Below are positions 9,176-17,657 of a stretch of 64,000 bases of DNA, piece by piece. The stretch's first letter is position 1. Each line of letters begins with the position of its first letter. The stretch is from positions 62,001 through 126,000 of IMG/VR virus record IMGVR_UViG_2860837431_000002; one strand, 5' to 3'. This DNA comes from an uncultured virus (IMG/VR IMGVR_UViG_2860837431_000002) (Duplodnaviria; Heunggongvirae; Uroviricota; Caudoviricetes). The position numbers and the translations under genes were made by a program. Below the pieces are notes generated by a model, which saw nothing but the letters and a program-made list of their open reading frames with translations, was not told where the DNA came from and did not search any database.

Positions 9176-9938
9176 CAGAAGGAGATTTTGATTTAAAAAA
9201 GAGAACCTTAGTTAAAGACAAGTTGCTGAGTACCTTTCAAGGCTGAGATGGTCAGTAAATACAAGGGTTATATATGAAGATATGATATAGTAATGTAAGT
9301 GGATAAGAATAAATTATGTCTTCGATTCCCTCGGATTCGTTATAAATACGATTATTTTTAATGAATGGGTATTCATTTTCAAATTACTAATCAATTTATT
9401 TTTTTAAAATTAATTCTTGTGTTTGGCCTGGAATTATGTTAGCACTGTTGTAGACCTACCCAAGTCATCAAATGCACGTATAATGTTCCTTATACACGTA
9501 TTACAATACCAATATATGGGGGTATATTTACATCTAATGGTAAAATAAAGGGAACGGATGTACCCATAGCACTTCCATTTCCACACCCTATCCAAAATTT
9601 CATTTTCATAATTCCACCTCAAAATCACCCTTTTTCACATCGTAATCGCTATCGTAAAAACCTTAAATATCAACATTTTCCCCTCTTCAAATTTACTCGA
9701 TTTCTTCAATTTTTAGATAAAGCAACCACTTTCCCCTACTCTCACTTATGTTTTACGATCGTTTGTCCCCTAATCACCATTCGATACAGCAAATACCCTT
9801 ACGTTTACTGGCTTTTTGAACTCTATAATATTTTTTACGATAAGCATGTTTTTAGCTTACGATAATCACCCCCTTCCCTATATGCCTCACAATTCATTTC
9901 AATAACTTGAAGCTGTTAACATACTGGTGAAAAAACAA

Positions 9939-9967
9939 TAGACAAATACAAATAATATGTATATAAT
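9939..9967 (+). promoter_or_regulatory. SigA promoter of yonP-yonO with an operator-like repeat in the spacer
   Basis: TAGACA-17 bp-TATAAT; spacer contains AAATACAAATAATAT. Confidence 0.7.
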
Positions 9968-9993
9968 AATCTCATAGGTAAGGAGGTGAGATA

Positions 9994-10188
9994 ATGCAAA
10001 AGGATTCAAAGAAAGTAACGTACATGTTTAGTAATTTAATTGGATTTTTAGAGACTACTATTATTGAAGGAACTGCTTCACAAGAAGAAAACACTCTTTA
10101 TGAGGACTATAAACTTTTTGGAACAATCGATAAACAGAGCTATACATACAAAAATCTTGTACATAAGTATCTAAAAAGCGACTATTAA
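9994..10188 (+). CDS. yonP: Hypothetical protein YonP
   Basis: 64 aa, AAGGAGGTG SD, upstream of yonO. Confidence 0.85.
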   Translation: MQKDSKKVTYMFSNLIGFLETTIIEGTASQEENTLYEDYKLFGTIDKQSYTYKNLVHKYLKSDY

Positions 10189-10227
10189 ATCAAAAAATAT
10201 GCATAAAAGTAATAAGGGGAGAATTTA

Positions 10228-12102
10228 TTGAAAGGAAAAAAAGATGGCCTAAATAAGCAAGTACATATTTACAGTATTGATACTTCTGCTTTTTATAATG
10301 ATCAAGAAAACAAATTACATAACAAGATTTTAAAATCATATAGGTACAGAGATCATCTCAAAAAACTTGAACATGTTGATAAAAAACATAAGAAGTACAT
10401 AACGCAAAGGATTATTTCCTTAAAAGAAAATCTTTATAACGCCTTTAACAATCATAATCAAATAAGAACACTTAGAACAGATTCCCTGAAAGATAATAAT
10501 GTGATTTCATTATTTGATTCTGTCTTAACTCGAACGTTGGGAATCAAAGAAAACTCTCTCTCTGAAGAGATCATGGTTGTCCAAACTTATCACTTTCAAA
10601 TTTTAAGGGACATTATTGATAAAGGATTCATACATAACAATGAGAAATACGTTTATTTCACTAGCAGTGCCGGTCAAATACGAACCAAAAAGTCATGTTT
10701 TATCAAGCAAAGCACCTTAGATAAGTATCAAAATGCTTTAACTTGTGGCCTTAGCGTGGAGCAAATCAATGCTCAAGGTGGAAGCAGCATAAACAAATGG
10801 AATAGCTACATGGCCTTATCGAATAGCGCCAGCAGTCCATGGGAAATTGATATTGATAAAGTAATTGTGGTAAATGACTTAGAAACAAACGTTTCTAGCC
10901 TGGTTGATTATATTGACCGTGATACATATGAAATCACTCGTAAGATTATGGATATTCCTATAGAACATACAGATGGTTGCGGAATGATGCTTCCCAGTTT
11001 GAGCCAGAAAAGCTTTATGGTCAGATTACCTTGGGTTAAGGGTCTGCTAGTTCCATTTGATTTTAGAAGGTTTGCTGAAAAACACAGTTCATTTATAGTT
11101 AAGGACGTCTACGGTAAAGAATGGGACATTATTAAAGATGATATCCAAATAATTTTTACGAAAAGTCAGTTTAAGATGTGGAAGTACTATGATTCATGGG
11201 ATGACTATCGTTATAAATTCAAAAAGTATGGATGTCTTGGGGCTAAGTTAAATGAAGAAGATCCATCTGTTGAGGGAAAACTGACTTACCAAATGCTACA
11301 AACACTCACTGATATCACAGATGAAGAATTGAAACAAATCAGCTCAAAGACTGTTAGTGAGATTACTCAATTAGGCACTGATAAAGAAACAATGATGAAA
11401 GTTTTGGGGGCTACCGAGAAAAATAAACATAAGACAAGCCTTCAAGAAGCACTACTGATATATCCAGAGCTGTTAAATGATGATCACACTAAAGAAATCA
11501 TTAAAAATAAGAAGAAGAGTATGATTAAGGACGCCAAATCAGGAAAATTACTTGTTAGTGACGCCAGGTATACGTATTTATGTCCAGATCTTTATGCTTT
11601 TTGTGAAAGACTGTTTCTTGGAATTGAAAATCCAAAAGGATTGCTCGCCGGCAGCAATGTTTATTGTTCTTTATATAATGAAGGGCATATTGATATCCTC
11701 CGCTCCCCTCACCTATACAGAGAGCATGGAGTTAGGTGGAACAAAAAAGATGAGGAATATGAAAAGTGGTTTATTACCCCAGGTGTTTATACCAGCATAC
11801 ATGATCCGATATCCAAGCTGCTACAGTTTGATAACGACGGAGATAAGGCCTTAATTATTTCTGATGAGCTAATCGTTAATATAGCCAAGCGTAATATGAA
11901 GGATATTGTTCCACTATATTACGAAATGTCAGTAGCCCAGAAACAAGAGATTAATAGCAGGAACATTTATGAAGCACTAACTCTTGCCTACGGAATCAAT
12001 ATCGGGGAATACAGCAACAACATCACTAAGATATGGAACAGTGACAATATAAACCTGGACGTGATCAAATGGTTATGCATGGAGAATAACTTTACTATCG
12101 AT
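10228..12102 (+). CDS. yonO: Single-subunit phage RNA polymerase YonO, exon 1 (625 aa)
   Basis: Catalytic DxDGD (QFDNDGD), TDGCG, RSPH motifs; ends ...NNFTID at the splice site. Confidence 0.93.
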
Positions 12103-13398
12103 TAAATTTATAGTCGCGTCGCATAGCGATATGCGGATGAAAAGTCAGTGAACCTAGAAAACTAGGGTGTGCATTCAGCGAAAAGTAGCGATAGGAAATG
12201 ATCGTTAATGAGTGTGCTAACAGGGGAATTCTAATTAATACATTTTACATTTTGAACAATGATATTTAAAACAAGGGGGTGACAAAGTGAAGTTTATAAA
12301 TGAGGATGAGCATAAATATTTGAGTGGGATATATAAGATTGAGCAGATAAGCACCGGCTTAATATATGTGGGGAAAACTAAGATGAAATTTATTAAGCGT
12401 TACTGGCATCACACTTGGAAGCTGAAAAACAATTCGCACTGTAATCGACATTTGCAGAATAATTGGAATAAATATGGAGAAAACGATTTCCAATTCCATG
12501 TTTTACAAACAGTTGATCCAAACTCAGATATGAACGAATTAGAAACTCACTACATAAATGAACTAGGTGCCTATTTAAATGGCTTTAACATGACCACCGG
12601 CGGAGAGGGCAAGAGTAATTGCAAGATGTCTGACTCCACCAAAAAGATTATTGGGGAAAAGAATAGGATTAATAACATCGGAAGAAAGCTTAGTGATGAG
12701 ACTAAAGCCAAAATGAGTAAGGCAAGAATTGGCAGAAAGCTCTCTCCGCAGCATAAGGAAAAGCTTTTACAATCTAGAATGAATAAAAGGCATTCGCCAG
12801 AATCTAGATTAAAGATGCGTCAGTCTCATTTAGGGTCAAAAAATAAATCCTCAAAAATAAATGAAACGAAAGCACACGAGATAAAAGTTCGATTGATTAA
12901 TGGGGAAAAGATGTCTGAAGTATCAAAATCAATGCGTGTTTCCTACCCCATCGTTAAATCAATATTACAGTGTAAAGTATGGAATCATATTCATGTTACT
13001 GGGTGGGACGACTTTATTCTTAAATACAAAAGCAAGAAGAAAAGCACTCTTACTCCAGAAGAAGTATTTTGTATAAGAGAACTTCTTAAAAAAGGGTTAT
13101 CAGCACCCCATGTTGCAAAAATGTGTAACATAAAACCCAATGTTGTTTATGGAATTAAACAAGGAAGAACCTATAAAAATGTGAAATGAATGTTGAATGT
13201 AGAATGTATTATATGAAAACCCTGTGCCAAGCGTTTACATCATGCTGAGAAGTACTTGTAAATGAAGGTGCAACGACCATCCTTTATGGAGTAATAATAA
13301 GGTGAAATTCCTTATTATGAAGCGCTGACCATCTGTCTAGTACAGATGATGATATGGTCTATTCCCTAATAAATATCGGGAAACCGAGGGTATCAAAG
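12103..13398 (+). mobile_element. Group I self-splicing intron (IA-like, 1296 nt) in yonO
   Basis: Exon ends in U with P1 CGAU/GUCG U-G wobble; terminal G 13398; P3 GTCAGTG 12144/CGCTGAC 13323; P4 CAGGG 12221/CCCTG 13220; P7 GACCA 13275/TGGTC 13355; P8 CATCTGT/ACAGATG; P9 TCGG-GAAA-CCGA; removal restores the in-frame junction NNFTID|FAKT. Confidence 0.92.
12287..13189 (+). CDS. Intron-encoded GIY-YIG homing endonuclease with NUMOD3 repeats and C-terminal HTH
   Basis: GIYKI...YVGKT; repeats GRKLSDETKAKMS, GRKLSPQHKEKL, HSPESRLKM; own SD. Confidence 0.92.
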   Translation: MKFINEDEHKYLSGIYKIEQISTGLIYVGKTKMKFIKRYWHHTWKLKNNSHCNRHLQNNWNKYGENDFQFHVLQTVDPNSDMNELETHYINELGAYLNGFNMTTGGEGKSNCKMSDSTKKIIGEKNRINNIGRKLSDETKAKMSKARIGRKLSPQHKEKLLQSRMNKRHSPESRLKMRQSHLGSKNKSSKINETKAHEIKVRLINGEKMSEVSKSMRVSYPIVKSILQCKVWNHIHVTGWDDFILKYKSKKKSTLTPEEVFCIRELLKKGLSAPHVAKMCNIKPNVVYGIKQGRTYKNVK

Positions 13399-14031
13399 TT
13401 CGCAAAAACCTTGTTCATGCCCACCCGCCCTGATCACGTTGATGAGAAAATCAAAGATTACATAAAAAATAAAGTGCCCCACTTCTTCATCAATGCCAAG
13501 GATAAAGAAGAACATAGCGTAGAATCGATTAATGAAAGTACAGTAAATAAGTTAGACTCAATTATTCCTAATGAACGAATCAACTTTAACGCAGTTGCAG
13601 GAAAATTTGATTACCGTTTCTTACTTCGAAATAAAAAAGTGAAACTTGATGAAACGGTTATCAATGAGTACAAACGTCTTGACCGAAACAAAAAGTGGCT
13701 CATGAATAATGAAGAAATTAAACCAGGAGAAAAGCTATACGTCTATAAGATTATCAAACAAAGATTAATGGAAATACATAACGATGAGCAACTTATTACA
13801 GATGTTTTAGTTAAGTACCTATATAAAAAGAAGAGTAAATTCAAATCGACTTTGTGGGAGTGCTTTGGCGAACATATATTGGAAAATTTAAAGATTAACT
13901 TAAGGAATTTTAAGGCTTGTGGGAATTGCGGAAAAATGTTCAGTCCCTCTTCTAATAAATCTAAATACTGTAACAATTGCTCAAAAAAAATGATCTTAGA
14001 TAAACATAAACGCTACAATAAAAAAAGATAA
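13399..14031 (+). CDS. yonO: YonO exon 2 (210 aa, C-terminal Zn finger); spliced protein 835 aa
   Basis: [17 protein letters not shown]... in frame after the terminal G; CGNC...YCNNC. Confidence 0.9.
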   Translation, partial: FAKTLFMPTRPDHVDEKIKDYIKNKVPHFFINAKDKEEHSVESINESTVNKLDSIIPNERINFNAVAGKFDYRFLLRNKKVKLDETVINEYKRLDRNKKWLMNNEEIKPGEKLYVYKIIKQRLMEIHNDEQLITDVLVKYLYKKKSKFKSTLWECFGEHILENLKINLRNFKACGNCGKMFSPSSNKSKYCNNCSKKMILDKHKRYNKKR

Positions 14032-14293
14032 CGACCAATAGAAAGTGCCTTGAGCCTTACTCCCCCAAGGGATACAGCATTTCTCGGCAAAAAAAGATCA
14101 ACAAAAAAGCACCTTGAACCCTTGGTACGACTGGGCTGAAAGCCCCTTTTGAGATAATCGCCATAAGGGAGAAAGAAAGCTAATTTCCACATAAAAGGGC
14201 GAGTAAGTCTCCCATTTTTTCAAAAAACCACAAACGTTACCGTAATTATACTTTAACACAAAAATAAACGAAATCACTAGGAGGATTTAAAAC

Positions 14294-14569
14294 ATGAACA
14301 AAACAGAATTTGTTGGAGCAGTTGCAGAAAAATTAGGTGTTACTAAGAAAGAAGCTACTCCTAAAGTTGAAGCAGTATTTAATGTCATCGTTGAAACACT
14401 AACAAAAGGTGAATCAATTAAGGTTCCTGGAGTTGGAACATTTGAAGTTCGTGAACGTGCAGCTCGTAAAGGGAGAAATCCACAATCAGGCGAAGAAATT
14501 GATATTCCAGCAACAAAAGCACCTGCCTTCAAGGCTGCAAAAGCTCTCAAAGATGCAGTGAAAGCTTAA
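14294..14569 (+). CDS. yonN: HU-like DNA-binding protein
   Basis: MNKTEFV...GVGTFEVRERAARKGRNPQSGE HU signature. Confidence 0.95.
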   Translation: MNKTEFVGAVAEKLGVTKKEATPKVEAVFNVIVETLTKGESIKVPGVGTFEVRERAARKGRNPQSGEEIDIPATKAPAFKAAKALKDAVKA

Positions 14570-14615
14570 CAATCTATAATGAGGGATTAGCATCCCTCCC
14601 CTCTCTTCAACTATA

Positions 14616-14753
14616 AATGCGGTGGCGGAATAGGTAGACGCGTAGACTGAGGTGGTATGGCTAACCTTCGGGAAACTCAGGGCCGACCTTCTTACGAAGA
14701 CTAATAGTCGGCAAATTGCCGTTCATGCGGGGTGCAAATCCTCGTCCGCATTC
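14616..14753 (+). ncRNA. tRNA-like RNA with the anticodon arm replaced by an ~85-nt branched domain
   Basis: Acceptor AATGCGG/CCGCATT; D-arm GCG-GAATAGGTAGA-CGC; T-arm CGGGG-TGCAAAT-CCTCG; no anticodon stem, no encoded CCA. Confidence 0.6.
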
Positions 14754-14759
14754 ACTTCA

Positions 14760-15630
14760 GGTGTTAAGAGAGATTATTTGATTACTGATATATGGGATAT
14801 CAGTTCTCGACTAATGTTCATTTATGAAGGTAAAGTTCAATCTAAATGAATATTAGTGGAGATTCCTCTCCAGTGTGGACTAGCTTTTCTTGATTAAACA
14901 AAATCTACTCCCTTGTTTTCTGTATCATTCTGACACAAAACTGCGGCTGGTCATTGCAGTAAGTCGGATAATAGTCATTTATGAGGGTGCGAGGTTAACT
15001 CGGATGTCTGTATCTAAAGGAGACAGGTAAATGACTATTATCGGGCTAAACATGTCGGTAAGACCTTTGCTACTCAAGTTTTTTATGTAGGGTGAATCCC
15101 ATCACAGTCTTACTATGGGTGACATGTAGCCCTGAATATTAATTGCGGTGTACTGCTTCGGCTTACACTTAGGGAAGGTAGATGCGTCTCCCTTCCCTTT
15201 AAATAATGCCCTTGTAAGCTTCGATGCTTATTATGCGGTCAACAAATTTTTTCCGGGTAAACGAGGCTTTGAAATTCATACCCTCGTAAAATAAGTGATA
15301 TGGTTTTGGGCGCTTGATCACCGCTCTCATTTCACAGAAAAGGATTATTTTCGGTCTTGCTTTTCATTTTCACTTAGGAACATATTCACTATTTATTCGC
15401 TACTTCTCCTTCAATGTTCTGAATGGAGACTTACCTTTCCCATGCACATACCTCCTTACACGGGTCAGAGAAAACTGTGCAAAATAAATGGCGAGCGTTT
15501 GAGACGCTTTGTTTCTCAATAAGGCGTATAACCTGACAAGAGAGACTGAAAATGCCATTGAGAAGGCTTATAATGGGTCTTTCCTTCTCAACCATATAAA
15601 ATAAGCCGCCCATGAAAGACGGCTTAATCT
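14760..15630 (+). ncRNA. Candidate large structured non-coding RNA or leader (strand inferred)
   Basis: Run of long hairpins including a perfect 15-bp stem 14967-14981/15028-15042; no credible ORF. Confidence 0.45.
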
Positions 15631-15647
15631 TACAAGTTCAGTTAATA

Positions 15648-16895
15648 TTATTTTAAAAACTTATTTACAAACTCTACTACTTCATCATACTTATGATCCG
15701 TTGGTTGCCTCTCCAGTTCATTATCTGGATGAGAAGATCTCTGCATTAATCTAATATTTATAGTATTTAAAGAAGCTGTCAAATTGAATATTACAAATCC
15801 AGCATTAAACAATTTCCCTATTTTCAAAAACTCTATCTCTTGCTGATTTAGAAGGACTGATAAATTTATCCAATAAAGTTCATCTGTTGAGATACATTTA
15901 TAATCTTTTTCAATAATGGATACCTCAGCGTAGTTCTCTTTTCCTTCACCATGCTTGTTTCTAAATTTAATCCCAACAATATCGCCCTGTTCATTAGTAT
16001 CAAGACTTTTTGATATTATACATAATACTGATGTAGAGATGTGTTCTTTAGATGTGATCCCCTCTTCATGAACTGGGCCAAATTCTTTGTGAATTTTACC
16101 TACAAACGCATCAATTTCAGGTTGAAAATCAGCTGATTTTTGTTGAGCCTTTTCACGTTGACCTTTAAGTAAATTTTCTTCAATTAGAAATAGTGATTTT
16201 CTAACATTGTCAATTTCCTTACAGTGTATCTTGGGCTCAAAACCATATAAAAAGTTTAATGTGTTTTCAATCCGTCCCTTAAAAGTACTAACTTCTTTTG
16301 AGTTGCTTTCTATAAGGTCAACATCTTTTATCCTGATATGCAGTAAATTCCTTCGAAAATCCACATCAATTATTGTCGGATAAGCTGCATATAAATCATC
16401 ATCATCTTGCCTATAAATTTTAACTGGATTTTTGTCAAGTAAGAGCAATCTTATGCAATCAAAATCATATCTTCTATATCCACAAATAACGAAGTCGCTT
16501 TCAGCTTCATTATTTACATTCGACAGTATTTTATTGTCAGATGGGACTCCCCACTTCCTAAGCAACTGATTTAAATCTGTCTCATTGTTGCACATTATAT
16601 TATCTGGTTGTAGTTTATATAAATATGAATTAAACAAGGTGTCTTCTATCAGGAGAAAGAGCAATTCATCTAAATCCATTTCTGTTAAGAAACCTTCCTC
16701 AATTCCTTTAACTAAAGTTTTCGCCACCTTTATAGCTCTATCTTCATCGTCACTTTGAGTTAATACCTGGCTGTAACAGTCGTTAAATTGAGGATATTTT
16801 TTGATGAAAGCAAGCTTTTGCATTACGAGACCTTTTCTAAGGTAAGGATAAAATAATTTTAAGTCTGAAAATATTTCGTTACTACTTTTCTTCAT
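15648..16895 (-). CDS. Hypothetical 415-aa accessory (moron) protein
   Basis: Long ORF antisense to the late operon; AAGGGG SD; terminator hairpin ~15602-15626. Confidence 0.85.
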   Translation of the reverse strand: MKKSSNEIFSDLKLFYPYLRKGLVMQKLAFIKKYPQFNDCYSQVLTQSDDEDRAIKVAKTLVKGIEEGFLTEMDLDELLFLLIEDTLFNSYLYKLQPDNIMCNNETDLNQLLRKWGVPSDNKILSNVNNEAESDFVICGYRRYDFDCIRLLLLDKNPVKIYRQDDDDLYAAYPTIIDVDFRRNLLHIRIKDVDLIESNSKEVSTFKGRIENTLNFLYGFEPKIHCKEIDNVRKSLFLIEENLLKGQREKAQQKSADFQPEIDAFVGKIHKEFGPVHEEGITSKEHISTSVLCIISKSLDTNEQGDIVGIKFRNKHGEGKENYAEVSIIEKDYKCISTDELYWINLSVLLNQQEIEFLKIGKLFNAGFVIFNLTASLNTINIRLMQRSSHPDNELERQPTDHKYDEVVEFVNKFLK

Positions 16896-16930
16896 ACTAT
16901 AACCCCTTTTTATTTTTTAGGAGGAATGAA

Positions 16931-17107
16931 ATGAAAATTGAAATTTTCACTAACAGACTATTCCTGGGTTGTTTTGACGCTGAAGATTTTTTTCTAAGCA
17001 ATGAATCTCTTGCGGTTGGTACAATTATTCAGATTGCAGATAAAGATTACTGTATAGTAACAATCTCTATAATTGAACCTTCCAAGATGTTTATAGAGGT
17101 CTGTTAA
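16931..17107 (+). CDS. Small hypothetical protein (58 aa), below the ORF-track cutoff
   Basis: AGGAGG SD, MKIEIFTNRLFLGCFDAEDF...FIEVC. Confidence 0.5.
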   Translation: MKIEIFTNRLFLGCFDAEDFFLSNESLAVGTIIQIADKDYCIVTISIIEPSKMFIEVC

Positions 17108-17460
17108 TCCACTCTCACTTTACATTATTCGACATTTTTCCGATTTTCCCTTCAAAAATTTTCAATCATCTTTAAAATACACTCCTTGAGTATCTTTACA
17201 GATGAATAGCCAAGACTATTGGGTCAATTATGCAATTAGAACTAGGGCATATAAAAACATAGAGCCTTTTTACGCTTACGAGCCTTCCGGTACGCAAGTA
17301 TGTCAATCAATAATCTCCTTCGGGCGTCTCCCCAACGCCTATCCGACTTATCTTTCATCTCCTTTATATCCCCTTTTCGGACGTTACCGATGCTTCGGAT
17401 CATCGGGCTTCCGAAGGAGCTTATTGCATGTAAATAAAACACATATTGGAGGAATTTAAT

Positions 17461-17646
17461 TTGGCTAAGAAAGTTCATACAGTAAATTTAAAAGGTAATT
17501 ATACTTACATTGATGGAATTATTGAAGAAGAAACAAAAACAGACATCGAGCGTTATGATCTGAATTCAATTTTAAAATCATTTGATGGTCGGAAAGTGAA
17601 AATTTCTATTACCGAAGAAGACGAACTTCCACAAATCAATGAGTAG
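17461..17646 (+). CDS. yonK: YonK protein
   Basis: GGAGG SD then TTG; MAKKVHTVNLKG...DGRKVKISITEE. Confidence 0.85.
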   Translation: MAKKVHTVNLKGNYTYIDGIIEEETKTDIERYDLNSILKSFDGRKVKISITEEDELPQINE

Positions 17647-17657
17647 GTGGTGACTGA

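Noticed and set aside
9434..9628. 64-aa ORF in the yonR-yonP intergenic region
   Set aside because: Weak coding character and no recognisable motif; cannot be supported
13354..13398. ATG 13354 as start of a separate 225-aa gene, with yonO as a truncated pseudogene
   Set aside because: The first 15 codons are the intron P7/P9 sequence, there is no SD, and splicing restores a full YonO
12103..13398. Intein, IS element or group II intron
   Set aside because: In-frame stop at the 5' end, no transposase or RT, no terminal repeats; group I core elements are present
14616..14753. Canonical tRNA-Leu/Ser or tmRNA
   Set aside because: No anticodon stem-loop, no CCA, and too short for tmRNA
14652..15613. 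ORFs 14652-14849, 15295-15522 and 15431-15613
   Set aside because: No convincing SD or protein features; they overlap strong RNA stems
17202..17478. ORFs 17202-17459 (+) and 17242-17478 (-)
   Set aside because: Poor SD, atypical composition, overlap the hairpin cluster and the yonK RBS
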